DNA of 63,978 nucleotides, counting the filler, from Trichomonas gallinae (taxonomy: Eukaryota), in the NCBI GenBank assembly GCA_008369845.1. It is 5 parts of 5 records of this genome, joined end to end, with 100 filler letters (N's around TTAATTAATTAA, not from the genome) between each part and the next. Parts side by side here need not be neighbours in the genome. Positions count along the whole stretch, not along the records: positions 14,424 to 24,342 come from MRSU01000440.1; positions 24,443 to 42,124 come from MRSU01000441.1; 3 more parts are not named here. One strand, 5' to 3'. Below the pieces are notes generated by a model that did not search any database, was not told the DNA's origin, and was given only the letters and a program-made list of their open reading frames with translations. The translations under genes and the position numbers were made by a program. Of the stretch, positions 20,939 through 31,847 are shown one piece after another; the first letter of the stretch is position 1; each line of letters opens with the position of its first letter.

Positions 20939-21202
20939 TTTCTAATTGGCAATTATAACCATATTAATTCCAAAGAATCTGATTTTAACAGATTTATTGT
21001 CAAAACTCAACATTTTGATGCTAAAGAAGCTTTGATTTGGGCTTCAAGAGAAGATCATCATGAAAATATCAAACTCCTTCTCACAGTTGCTGGAATAGAT
21101 GTTAACGCAAAAGACAGTGACAATAAAACAGCATTGATTTGGGCTTCAAGAGGTGGTTATCATGAAATCGTGAAAAAGTTGAAATATCATGGTACAATTT
21201 AA
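20939..21202 (+). pseudogene. Ankyrin-repeat gene relic with no start codon
   Basis: Frame reads ...KTQHFDAKEALIWASREDHHENIKLLLTVAGIDVNAKDSDNKTALIWASRGGYHEIVKKL...; in-frame TAA at 20936 and no ATG in the open frame. Confidence 0.85.
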
Positions 21203-21339
21203 TTAATTGATTAATTCTAACTTTATAATTGACTCAATTTTTACGAATTTCGATTTTCACCAATATTCATATTTGATCGCAAATGGTAAACAAAAATCGA
21301 TTGAATTCAAAAAAAGTAAACAACAAATTTTATAAAACA

Positions 21340-24072
21340 TTATTTGTTCCCATGATTGAGGATTCCTGATAAAGATCTTGTGAGCATGTTATCTGGTTTG
21401 TTCAAGAGTGGGCTCTTTGAGACAATGGCGATGACAATTCTTGTTGTCATCCCTTTCCTATTTGCGATCAATTTGTTCATGACTGGGAAGATTCCTGTGT
21501 CAATTTCTAGGTCTTGTCTGATCTTCGGTTTGTCATTGAAGAAAGCAATCATATCTGGTGCGACTTCGCCTGGATAAAGCTCAACATTTGACATCTTCTT
21601 GATCAAATCTCTACCTGTCGTAGTTTTCGTGATTGTTATGAATCTTGAAACGCCAGTGAATATTTCTAACGTGTCATCAACAGCGCATCTCACTTCCAGA
21701 CTGAATGTTTGTCCACGCTTAATGTATGTCCTGTACTTCTTCACTGATTTAAGAGCTTTGTGTCTGATCACGTCAACTCTCAGAGAACAATGCTTAGGTG
21801 TATCTCGTGCGCTCAAAATTTTTCTCGCGCAGTCAAATGTTCCTTGTGATATAACTAGATGTAGTTTATCTCCCCATCTGCATCCAGGGAATAGTGTTTG
21901 AGCCACTGTAAGTAACTCAGACACTGTTGTGCCTTTTCTGGCCCAGTATGGTGATAAAAGCTCGTTCGTGAATTTCGATGATATGCAAATCATAGAAAGT
22001 GGCGTGAAAAGTGAGATAGAGCATGCAGTAACATCATTCCTCAAAACCTGATATGTAATTGGTGCTGATGGGAACTGCGATGCATATTTATATTGCTGGG
22101 GATTAAGTGGGGAAGAATTGTTCAAGAACAAAATATTCGATGGATTTATGCTCGTCAATAAACTTACTCTCTTCTGTATATCAGCGTAATTTGAGTTTGG
22201 ACTAAAAATATACCTTCTATCGTTGATGCTCAAGAAGACTCTTGACTGTGATTCAGTTGTGACAGTAGATCCAGGAGGAATGAAGCCGTTTATCATGAAA
22301 TAATCTGATTTAATCATCAACGACTTATATCTAACAATTTGTCCCTCTGGAATATCTTTGAAGAGTCTCTCGCAATTAGTTAACGCTGTGCACTTCTTGG
22401 GGCTCTTCTTAGGCATAACGAAAATAGGACCTGAATTCAGATCAGCTTGAACTATAAAGAAAACAGTCGTCAAACCTTTTATGACAAAAGTTGACGCTGG
22501 AGAATCCAAACTCAAAGGACCGATTAAATCAGCTTGTCCAGGCATTCTCGCCCACGCGAAATACTTTGTAAACGAGAAGTTCGGTCTTATTCTTTGTATT
22601 AAGTGCAAAATGAGAACATCATCGCTCTGCCATTCCATAGATTTTCCAATGTTTGAAACTGAAGAACCGATAATTTCATTTTGGAAGACGAATTTCGCGA
22701 AGAACAAATCTGATCTATGCGGAGCTAAGTGCAAAGGAATGTGATCGCTGAAATGTATAAACTGCTGGCAGTCCTTTCTAACATAAAAGCACATGTAAGC
22801 AACAGCTGATGAAAATGTGAAAGCTCTGAAAAAACTCGGCTGACTTTTTGTTGAAGCTCCGAATAATCTCGAAACATGACTTTCATCAACATTCTTCGTT
22901 GATCCGTCATTGAACTGTATCCACTGTTTTCCAAGACCGGCCCTGATGAAAGCTGTGTAGTGTCCGTACATAGGATTTCCGTTGTGCGCGATGATTCCGT
23001 ATAATTCGTAATTTGTCTCGCCTTCATAATTTTGTTCGCAATAACTTTTCATGTCCAAGTCGAAAGGACAATCGAAAGCAGTCTTTATCTCGATAATTGT
23101 GTTCTTCTTCGTCGAATACTTGAACCTGCATAGCTGGAAGGATAATATTGGAGGTAGTTTAACGAAACACAAGCTTTGCGTCGCTTGCGCTCTTCCTTTT
23201 TCTCCTGTATCATAGTCTTCGGACAATATTTCGGGTGCAGTGATTAATCCGAGACTTTCTCTTAAGCTCTTGAGACCGTCCACTATAATTGGCATAGTCG
23301 TGAATCCTTCTTCGCTGGTAGTTTTGAAATCTAGCGTTGGAACTTCAATCGTTCGTAAGGTTTTTCCGCTAAAAAGGCTGGATTCGCCTTGCTTGAATTT
23401 TTCGCCTATATCTGCTTCCAATCTTTCCAATAATACAACTAAAAACTCGTGAGCGTCATGTTGTACCATTGATAATTCATTAAATGACCCTAATGTTTGG
23501 ATAAAATTGTCTGGAGATGGGGCTCTGCTCGATAATTGAAGATCCATGAATAAATTTTGTAACGAACCTACCGAATCTGGTGGATTTTGGAACGAATAAA
23601 TTAAATTTCTAAATGCAGTTGTGTGATAAAGGATTTGTAATACGGAGGCCATGTAGCATGTCGATCCAGAGTTTCGAATACCTAAATATCTGTCTTTTCT
23701 AGTGTAAGGATATTTTGTTGATAATTTTACTTGAAAATATAATAAATCTGATATTTCCCCACTAACTGTTACAAGGCACAGAGGATATTTCTTACTGAAA
23801 GATGCTGTTGTTGCGGCGATTAACATTTGTTGATTTCCGAATATTTGAACTTGGAACGAAAACATTTCATCATAGTGCCACTGTTCAGCACTACAGCAGT
23901 ATACTATAATCGAATTTGTTTGTTTGTTTGCAAATGCGCAAAAATTTTCTCCTTCTTGGTTAAAAATCGTTGATCTGTAATAATTTCCGCACAGAGATTG
24001 AGAGTTAAGCAGGTCCCACTGAAATATTTTGTTTGGGTCGATTGTTACTGCGTGAGACCCTGTTTGACCCAT
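21340..24072 (-). CDS. USP (C19) deubiquitinase, USP7/Ubp15-like catalytic domain with long C-terminal extension
   Basis: GIRNSGSTCYMASVLQ, QHDAHEF, LPPILSFQLCRF, HNGNPMYGHY, WIQFND, AYMCFYVR. N-terminus MGQTGS. Confidence 0.92.
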   Translation of the reverse strand: MGQTGSHAVTIDPNKIFQWDLLNSQSLCGNYYRSTIFNQEGENFCAFANKQTNSIIVYCCSAEQWHYDEMFSFQVQIFGNQQMLIAATTASFSKKYPLCLVTVSGEISDLLYFQVKLSTKYPYTRKDRYLGIRNSGSTCYMASVLQILYHTTAFRNLIYSFQNPPDSVGSLQNLFMDLQLSSRAPSPDNFIQTLGSFNELSMVQHDAHEFLVVLLERLEADIGEKFKQGESSLFSGKTLRTIEVPTLDFKTTSEEGFTTMPIIVDGLKSLRESLGLITAPEILSEDYDTGEKGRAQATQSLCFVKLPPILSFQLCRFKYSTKKNTIIEIKTAFDCPFDLDMKSYCEQNYEGETNYELYGIIAHNGNPMYGHYTAFIRAGLGKQWIQFNDGSTKNVDESHVSRLFGASTKSQPSFFRAFTFSSAVAYMCFYVRKDCQQFIHFSDHIPLHLAPHRSDLFFAKFVFQNEIIGSSVSNIGKSMEWQSDDVLILHLIQRIRPNFSFTKYFAWARMPGQADLIGPLSLDSPASTFVIKGLTTVFFIVQADLNSGPIFVMPKKSPKKCTALTNCERLFKDIPEGQIVRYKSLMIKSDYFMINGFIPPGSTVTTESQSRVFLSINDRRYIFSPNSNYADIQKRVSLLTSINPSNILFLNNSSPLNPQQYKYASQFPSAPITYQVLRNDVTACSISLFTPLSMICISSKFTNELLSPYWARKGTTVSELLTVAQTLFPGCRWGDKLHLVISQGTFDCARKILSARDTPKHCSLRVDVIRHKALKSVKKYRTYIKRGQTFSLEVRCAVDDTLEIFTGVSRFITITKTTTGRDLIKKMSNVELYPGEVAPDMIAFFNDKPKIRQDLEIDTGIFPVMNKLIANRKGMTTRIVIAIVSKSPLLNKPDNMLTRSLSGILNHGNK

Positions 24073-24342
24073 AGCTTAAAAAAATGCCAAAATTACAGAC
24101 TATTTTACTGATTTTTGAAATGCTTCGTAGTTCTATCAACTGAATTGCACAGCAAAAATCGAAATACGATTATTTAATCTTGGAAAATCTGAATTATCCA
24201 TATAATCTAAAATGAGCTTAAACATATACATAAAAATTGTAATAAATATAATTTCATCATTCAAAACAGAGGTGTACCAATGACGATAGAAATGACGTTA
24301 AAATCATAACGGTCCTAGAACTGAAGTCTTTTTGGAGCACAG

Positions 24343-24442
24343 NNNNNNNNNNNNNNNNNNNNNNNNNNNNNNNNNNNNNNNNNNNNTTAATTAATTAANN
24401 NNNNNNNNNNNNNNNNNNNNNNNNNNNNNNNNNNNNNNNNNN
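24343..24442. other. Artificial contig linker
   Basis: 44 N + TTAATTAATTAA + 44 N. Confidence 0.98.
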
Positions 24443-25346
24443 CTTGCCGTATAAACAAAAATTGACTTTTCCACAGCGAATCACGAAGTTTTTCAAAAAA
24501 TTAATAAATATTTATTTAGTACGTATACTAATATATTCATATGTATTAGCGATTTGAATTCCAATGAGGACGACGATAGCGAGGACGATAGACATCTATA
24601 ATTCAACATATTATAAAATGTCTATAAAACATTCAACATTCATTTCATTAATAATTTGTACAAAACTTATATGATGGATTACACTCCTTATATTGATGTA
24701 TATCCTCGAATATATAAGTGAATGGAAAGACAGATTTAGAGATATGAAATTTAAATGTATCATAAATTTGCGAATAAGGTTAATATGAAGATTTTGATTT
24801 TTGAGATTTCTGTCTTCGTTAATAACATCTCAATTGATTTCCTGAAAATTCCTAGCATTGATGCAGTCATTGATAGTTCTCGTTTACCAATCTTGGAGAA
24901 TTACAAATTTGCATTGTAAAATAATTTATTTGTCAAAATAAATTCAAAATAAGTTATTTTTCAATGAAATAAATTGTGTTTGAGTGCGTTTTATAACTGT
25001 AAAAAAAAATAAAAATGTCATGTATTCAAAATCTGATCGGCAAAAATTATTTTTAAATGATAATAATATAACTAGTAACTATAAGGAAGTTATTTTCACT
25101 ACAAATAAATTGTCATAAAATTTTGATAATGGAAATAAAATCTATGTATTTTTCTATGCTCTAAATTATTCAATGAATATAATTTAAATCCTAGAATTTT
25201 TCTGAATTTGTCAAAAAAAATTATTGCTAATATCAACTCAATTCACTTAAATAGCATGGAAAACAACAAAATATCGAAGACAGAAAATAAATTTGTCAAA
25301 AGATTTTCATAAAAACGATAGTGAAGTGAACTGATTAGATTTTATA

Positions 25347-27947
25347 ATGGAAAAGAAAACACCGAGCACTTGGACTTCCGTGGGCGAGAAAATCGCTAAT
25401 GAAGTACCATATGATGACAGTGAGGCTGTTTCCAAGCTTCCAAAGAATCTACAGAAAAGTCATCATAATTCAATTTCACAACCAAAAGAAAAACATGAAA
25501 CTCAACAGCATATTGAGGATCAGTTTGATGATACAATAGATGAGAAGATAAATAGAGAAGAAAAAATAGATCCAACAGCTGTATCTTATGTTAAAAAAGC
25601 TCACCCGCCAGAGCCAAAGCCTGAGATCATCGACCAAGAAGAAGGACCAGCATTTGGAGGTCTTCCAGGCGAAACTCAAGGCGAAAAGGCCTGGAAAGGA
25701 ATTTCTCAAGAAATCAGGACAGATGCTGCATTTGAGGGTCCATATGATGATGAAGGTGACAGAGAAAATGTTGAAAAACGTCTCAAGTCGACCCATAACA
25801 TTCATCCGGCTCCAAAATCGCCAAAACAAAAACCAGAAAAAGAATTTGTTGATGAATTTGATGATACAATGCAGGAAAAGATCAATAAACCATTTAACCA
25901 AGGCGAAGGCGTCTCCTATGTTACGAAATCAAAGCCAGCTGAGCCAAAAGAAATTATTGTTGATCAGGAAGAAGGACCAGCATTTGGCGGATTGCCAGGA
26001 AAGACAGAATCCCAGAAAATATGGAACGGAATTTCGAATGAATTGAGGATTAACTCTAAATTTGAAGGAGAATACGACGATGGAGGAAATATTGATAAGA
26101 ATCTTCGCTCCACTCATGCTCAGCATAAACCAAACAAGGACCCAAAACAAAAACCAGACCCTCAAATCGAAGACGAATTCGATGATACAATGCAAGAAAA
26201 GATAAATAAACCATTCGATGAAGGCGATGGTGTTTCTTATGTTACAAAGACAAAACCAGTCGAACCGAAAGAAATTATTATTGATCAAGAAGAAGGCCCT
26301 GCTTTTGGCGGTTTACCTGGCAAGACAGAGCCTCAGAAGATCTGGGATAATATTTCCAACGAACTCAGAATCAAAACTAAATTTGAAGGCGAATATGATG
26401 ATTCTAAAGACGTTGAGAGCGCTGACAAGCATTTAAGATCGTCTCATGCTCATAACCCGCATAATGTTACTCCAAAGCAGAAGCCAGAAAGAGAAATTGA
26501 AGATGAATTCGATGACGATATTAATAAGAAGATCAATGAAGAGCCAAAACAAGGTGAAGGTGTCTCTGCTGTCATTAAAACAAAGCCAGTTGAGCCAAAA
26601 CCGATTGTTATGGACAATGATGAAAAACCTCAATTTGGAGGCCTTTCGCCACGCAAAGAAAGCAAAGCATGGCATGATGCTACTCAGCAGGCAAGGATCG
26701 ATGCACAGTTCGAAGGCCCTTACGATGACAGCCAAGATGTCGAAAATCTTCCAAAGAATCTCAGAAAGACGCATCACGAGCCTCCAAGACACGAAAAGAC
26801 GGCTAAGACTGAGAAACAAGCTCGTGATGACTTCTACAATGCAATAGAAGTCGCATCAACAAGCAATTCGATTCCAGATTCGATGTACGATCTTCCTATC
26901 TCAACAATGAGCCATAAAACAAAGAAATCTAAGAAGATAGTAGATTCTGAAGTCGAAATTACATCGATTAAAGAAAGATCCATTGAAATAGACGAAACAT
27001 TCGAAGAAGTCAATGACGATGTCGCTCCAATTAACGAAGATGGCGATGTTCTCAAGCTAAATCTTAAGTCAACGACACCAAAATCATTCGAAGAAGTTTT
27101 CAAACTTTATGCATCGAATTATCCAACATTAAAATACCACTACGCCAAGAATGCTTTGCTGTTTTACAATGAAAATAATTTTACAGCAATCCCATACGTT
27201 TCATTCATGAATGCCTCTCAAGTTGACGCTCCATCACCAATTGTATACATTTCCAGCAACGAATCTGCTTGTTCTGCTTTGCTTAAGGACGGCTCGCTGC
27301 TTGTTATGTGGGTGGAAGACAGCGGAATCACAATCGCTAAAATCATCAAGCGCCAGAGTAATTCCAAGGCCAATTGTGTAGCAATCTGTGGCACACCATT
27401 CACCATCTGCGTCGGCTGTGCCGATGGTGTTGAGATTTTCAATGGAACCAGCTGGACAAAGAAGAATATCAGCGGAGATGTCAGATCGATTGTCATTGCT
27501 GAAGGCGAAATCGTCGCATTACAAGATGGAGGAACAATAACAGCAATAAACATGAGTAACCATGAATCCAAAGAAGTCTGCGGCAACATTTCTAGGCTAG
27601 AATTAGTCTATCACCGCTATTTGGCGTTTGGAAAGAATTTCATCGTCAACAAAGAAGGTGTTGGAATTCCTATCAACAATGCTTCATTCTGCTGCGGCCA
27701 CTTGGTGAAGATTGAAAACGGATTCATCTATGAAATCGATGAGCACAGCAAAGTTTACTCTAAGGCCGCAATGCCGTTCGGAGATTACGATTATCTCTTC
27801 ATTTCTCTTGATGTTATTGTTGTTATCAAAGACAAAGAAATTATCTCAATTCAGAATTTCGAATTTTTGCAGGATCCTCCATTGACACCAAAGCAAAGAC
27901 TGCTAACAGCAGCTCTCAAGGGAGTTGCAAAAGCGCTCTTGGATTAA
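25347..27947 (+). CDS. Protein with four-plus tandem ~107-110-aa repeats and a beta-rich (propeller-like) C-terminal domain
   Basis: The EEGPAFGGLPG/DEKPQFGGL motif recurs at 25638, 25968, 26289 and 26619. The last ~280 aa consist of short hydrophobic beta strands separated by DG turns. Confidence 0.85.
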   Translation: MEKKTPSTWTSVGEKIANEVPYDDSEAVSKLPKNLQKSHHNSISQPKEKHETQQHIEDQFDDTIDEKINREEKIDPTAVSYVKKAHPPEPKPEIIDQEEGPAFGGLPGETQGEKAWKGISQEIRTDAAFEGPYDDEGDRENVEKRLKSTHNIHPAPKSPKQKPEKEFVDEFDDTMQEKINKPFNQGEGVSYVTKSKPAEPKEIIVDQEEGPAFGGLPGKTESQKIWNGISNELRINSKFEGEYDDGGNIDKNLRSTHAQHKPNKDPKQKPDPQIEDEFDDTMQEKINKPFDEGDGVSYVTKTKPVEPKEIIIDQEEGPAFGGLPGKTEPQKIWDNISNELRIKTKFEGEYDDSKDVESADKHLRSSHAHNPHNVTPKQKPEREIEDEFDDDINKKINEEPKQGEGVSAVIKTKPVEPKPIVMDNDEKPQFGGLSPRKESKAWHDATQQARIDAQFEGPYDDSQDVENLPKNLRKTHHEPPRHEKTAKTEKQARDDFYNAIEVASTSNSIPDSMYDLPISTMSHKTKKSKKIVDSEVEITSIKERSIEIDETFEEVNDDVAPINEDGDVLKLNLKSTTPKSFEEVFKLYASNYPTLKYHYAKNALLFYNENNFTAIPYVSFMNASQVDAPSPIVYISSNESACSALLKDGSLLVMWVEDSGITIAKIIKRQSNSKANCVAICGTPFTICVGCADGVEIFNGTSWTKKNISGDVRSIVIAEGEIVALQDGGTITAINMSNHESKEVCGNISRLELVYHRYLAFGKNFIVNKEGVGIPINNASFCCGHLVKIENGFIYEIDEHSKVYSKAAMPFGDYDYLFISLDVIVVIKDKEIISIQNFEFLQDPPLTPKQRLLTAALKGVAKALLD

Positions 27948-28101
27948 GCGTCACATTGTAATATGAATAAATTATTAATTTAGAAAAAAATCAAAGTTTT
28001 TATTGTATTTCATAGCCATGGTATTAGTTTAAATAACTACAATAACACTCGTCTCATAGTAGAATTCCCCAAAATTCATTCATTCTTACCATGTAAGTCA
28101 C

Positions 28102-28180
28102 AAAATCCAACAATTTAATGCTAATAAAGCTTTGATTGGTGCTTCAGACAACGATCATCATGATGCTGTCAAACATCTTC
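28102..28180 (+). pseudogene. Second ankyrin relic, homologous to 21002-21080
   Basis: KIQQFNANKALIGASDNDHHDAVKHL vs KTQHFDAKEALIWASREDHHENIKLL. Shared DNA aagctttgatt...gcttca...gatcatcatga. Confidence 0.7.
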
Positions 28181-28269
28181 ACAGGTCCTATGAACAGATT
28201 TCGTTAGATTATAGTGAAAGAAAAACCTGTCATTAATGAATTAATAACATAGATGATTACGATTTTAGT

Positions 28270-29397
28270 CTATAGTCTACCGTAGATAAAATTTTCAACA
28301 CTGGACAAAAAGTCAATATTGAGAGGAACCTCATGGATTGTAGTATCAAAGAATTTTTCGATGTCAGGAATCATTGCTGCTTCTTCATTATCACATATAT
28401 TGATTACTAAAGTCTTAGGACTGTAATGAACAATACGGCTATAATACTGTTTGTAGAGAATAGGAATCTCGTAATTGAATATGACGCTGTATTCAATATC
28501 TCGAGGGATGATACCTGCAGAGATTAAATGACGCTCATAAATATATCGGTTGGGATCCAAAATGTTAGCAATTCGGAGATGGTCTTCTTTGAGATGTATT
28601 TTAATGGCTGTATCTGGTGAGTTTGTGAAAATAATTGAATAATTTATATTCACAGAATGATAAATATCTGATAAAATAGCTAACTTGTTTTCCGCATTTC
28701 CCACATTGACATACAATTGTTTGTAGCCTGCAAGCTTTTCATTCTTAATTCGAATCTTGACTGGATCTGTCATTAATTTGAGGAGCTGTCCGATGTTATT
28801 GAATGGAATTGCAGCTGCGAAAAGACAGATCTGAATAGATTGGAGATTAATGTGCTTGATGATCTGCTCAACTGTGCCAATGGAATTACAAGAGAGCAAC
28901 TTTTGAGTTCCATCGAAACCAAACATCTGCAGTTTGTCGACTTTGAGGTGTCCTGCATTGATGAGATTGAGAGCAATGACTGGAGGAGCAATAGCTATAT
29001 GTGGAACATCATCACTACTCGTGTCATTTACGAAATATTTTATCGAAACATTTGGCATTAATTCAGATAATTTCTTGAATGTTTTATAAACATGAGACTG
29101 GGGGTCCTTTGGTGCAAGAATAAGTGCCTGAGTTTCTGTCTTTGATGTGTCAATGCGGTTGAGAAAACCTATTGCTAGTGCTGTTGTCTTACCTGCACGT
29201 GGCGGAGCCTGAGCGAGAACATGCCTCCCCATGCAAATTGGCTTGATAACAAGCGACTGAAGTTCTGTTGGATGAGAGATAATATTGGAATAAATACCGT
29301 GTATGAGCTTTTCAGCTAATCCCATTTTCTCGAAATCATCAATACATTCATCCCAGTTTGACTCGAAGATAGAAGCAACATGTTGGTGTTGAGACAT
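28270..29397 (-). CDS. Degenerate eIF4A-like DEAD-box protein (catalytic motifs lost)
   Basis: eIF4A-like N-terminus (ESNWDECIDDFEKMGL...GIY...PTELQ). Motif I is AQAPPRAGKT, but DEAD becomes DGTQ, SAT becomes AAA, and motif VI becomes SRIVHYS. Confidence 0.8.
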   Translation of the reverse strand: MSQHQHVASIFESNWDECIDDFEKMGLAEKLIHGIYSNIISHPTELQSLVIKPICMGRHVLAQAPPRAGKTTALAIGFLNRIDTSKTETQALILAPKDPQSHVYKTFKKLSELMPNVSIKYFVNDTSSDDVPHIAIAPPVIALNLINAGHLKVDKLQMFGFDGTQKLLSCNSIGTVEQIIKHINLQSIQICLFAAAIPFNNIGQLLKLMTDPVKIRIKNEKLAGYKQLYVNVGNAENKLAILSDIYHSVNINYSIIFTNSPDTAIKIHLKEDHLRIANILDPNRYIYERHLISAGIIPRDIEYSVIFNYEIPILYKQYYSRIVHYSPKTLVINICDNEEAAMIPDIEKFFDTTIHEVPLNIDFLSSVENFIYGRL

Positions 29398-29499
29398 TTA
29401 AAAAAAATGATTAAAATTTTTAAAATCCAAAATCTTTGACTAAACTAGTCAAAAATTTTGGACATATCACCTTTATTATAAAAATTAATATGTCAATAG

Positions 29500-29850
29500 T
29501 CAAGAATATGAATATTGCCCAAATTCGAACATATGATGTTTTACTATTTCGAACATTTCGTTAACCTTCGCGCAGAAGCTTCTGTAGTTGAAAAAATCAT
29601 TCGTATCCGGGTCCGCGTATTCGTTTAAGCATAAGTTGATTATGTCACTCGCAAAAAGCAGCTCTGCTTGGCCAACGACAGTGTGGAACTTCTGTTTCGA
29701 GCCTAAACAGCGCCTGAGGCTATCGAAGCCCTGGAAGAACTCCAACAATCTGGTTCTCTTCTTCAATACATGCAACTGAAGCTACTCCATTATAGAGTCA
29801 AGTGTTGACATCTTATTGACATCAAGTACTAGGACTCTCTGGCTGTGTCG
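29500..29850 (-). pseudogene. C-terminal fragment of an EF-hand family gene with a premature stop
   Basis: Frame reads ...VLDVNKMSTLDSIME*LQLHVLKKRTRLLEFFQGFDSLRR...FNYRSFCAKVNEMF; TAG at 29784-29782. Confidence 0.6.
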
Positions 29851-30109
29851 TGTGGTAATCCGTTTGAAACGATGGATGCCAAAGAATTGAAGTTTTATAA
29901 AGATTTTGTTAGATTATATTTGAATCAGGTGAGAGAATCACTCGTCATTAATTAATTAATAAAAAAACTATTTATTCTCATATTCAAGCTTTAATACATA
30001 AGTAAAATTATTTCCAATTTAGTTTTTACTTCTTTTGTAGATAAAAATCAAAAAATATAGTATGTTGGATGTATATTAATATATTGGCGTGATTTTTTTG
30101 CAAAAATTC

Positions 30110-31255
30110 ATGAGGGCCGGTTTTAAACATAGATTCAGGCCCAATGACTCAAAGTTTTTGTACCCTTATTACGCTCTAATGCTCACTTATGCATTAGTAA
30201 AGAATTTATCATACGAAGTGCGAGGAATGGTCTATTGGACAGTCGATGAAATTCCGGATTATTATTTCTTTTACAAAAAAGACTTTCTAAGTATTACAGA
30301 CTACAACTATATCGATAGATTTTATAATTTATCCGACTTAACAGAGAATTCATCAAATACGAAATATATGAACATTTTTAACACATCGTATTACGTACTT
30401 AAAAACACAATGGTTAACGCAGAAGGAGCTCTGATGACCAATGGAACGTTTCTAAACTTTCATTGGCGAACTGCACCTTCATATAATGAACCAAAAATAT
30501 TTTTCGATGAAGCAATCGTTATCTCGAATTCCGCGACTTTTTACTACGGCCATTTCATTAAAGACTTTCTTTCAGCGTTGACACTGGTACCCAGGGATGT
30601 GCTCGAACGTGTAACACTAGTTTCATACTATTTCCTTAATCACACGAAAGAGTTTTATCGCTTGAATGATCTCGATGACACAAAAATTGTTGATTTAAGT
30701 TTGCACAAAAAAGAGTTTATTTTCGTCAAGAAATTACATACAATTCCACTGAGCTACGAGTGCGCTTTTGTTGGCCAGCCGCTCAGGAATCTATCAAGAC
30801 TTTTAATCCAGAAAATTCACGGAAAACCAGTTGAGCCAACTCTTTATGTTATTTACAATAGACCGAAAAACTCACGCAGAAGAGCTGCCAATTATGATGA
30901 TTTATGCACAAAAGTTATCGAAAGATATCCTGAAATTAATTGGACGAAACTTTTTGTTGATTTCAAGACATTAACAGAAACAGGAAAGTATTGGTCACGT
31001 ATTAAACTAATTATTGGTCCAACAGGAAGTAATTTTGATAATTGTATTTTCATGGCGCCGAATACTGTTGTTTGTGCAACAGTATTTAATTGGTTTGATA
31101 CTCCTATATTCATGACATGTCTTTCTCTCAAGCAATATTTAATTTTCTGGCAAGTCAAAGGTATTAAGCATTTTGTGGCCAAGAAATTTTATTATAACTG
31201 GGATGAAGCAAAACCTGCTATTAGTCTCGCTGTTCACCTTGCAAAACAAAAATAA
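30110..31255 (+). CDS. Glycosyltransferase family 61 (DUF563)-like protein
   Basis: N-terminal signal anchor, YYGHFIKDFL, YNRP..RRRAAN, IIGPTGSNFDNCIFMAPNTVV. First ATG at 30110. Confidence 0.8.
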   Translation: MRAGFKHRFRPNDSKFLYPYYALMLTYALVKNLSYEVRGMVYWTVDEIPDYYFFYKKDFLSITDYNYIDRFYNLSDLTENSSNTKYMNIFNTSYYVLKNTMVNAEGALMTNGTFLNFHWRTAPSYNEPKIFFDEAIVISNSATFYYGHFIKDFLSALTLVPRDVLERVTLVSYYFLNHTKEFYRLNDLDDTKIVDLSLHKKEFIFVKKLHTIPLSYECAFVGQPLRNLSRLLIQKIHGKPVEPTLYVIYNRPKNSRRRAANYDDLCTKVIERYPEINWTKLFVDFKTLTETGKYWSRIKLIIGPTGSNFDNCIFMAPNTVVCATVFNWFDTPIFMTCLSLKQYLIFWQVKGIKHFVAKKFYYNWDEAKPAISLAVHLAKQK

Positions 31256-31847
31256 TTTTTTAATTGGCAAATTCCTAACTGATATTTGGAGCTATTATTT
31301 TGTCCATAGTATCCACACATTGAAAAAGCTTTATTCTTATGATTTCTAAGATGCTTATGAAAGCATTTTGGATTTAATATTTCAATCTTTCAAACAAAGC
31401 TAGTTATGTGATTCTTTATCAGAATTCCATGAAATATGAAGTTTTGAATCCAAAAAGATAGCAATCATTGTTTAGTTAATAATAATAGATATTTGATTAT
31501 ACAGTAAACATGTATGTAGTTTAATATACCACTAATTCCTTTGTCTTTGGAATATTAAAAGTTGATTTTATGAGTAATCAAAAATATCTCAAAAATTTTA
31601 AGCGGTAAACAAATTGCTTTCACAGCAAAGGTAATGAAACAATAATGTTATAGGCCCAAATACTATCCACAGAAAAGAATAATCCTTTGTATTGATGATT
31701 CAAATTAAATAATGGAGTTTCTTAGACTTTCTTAGAATATCTCTGCATTTCTCTTAATACAAAAGCATAGCATCCTGATGAAGTTGCTTTTTATTACAAA
31801 AACACAAATTGATTAATTTTATTTCAAAAAAACAAAATAATATTTCC

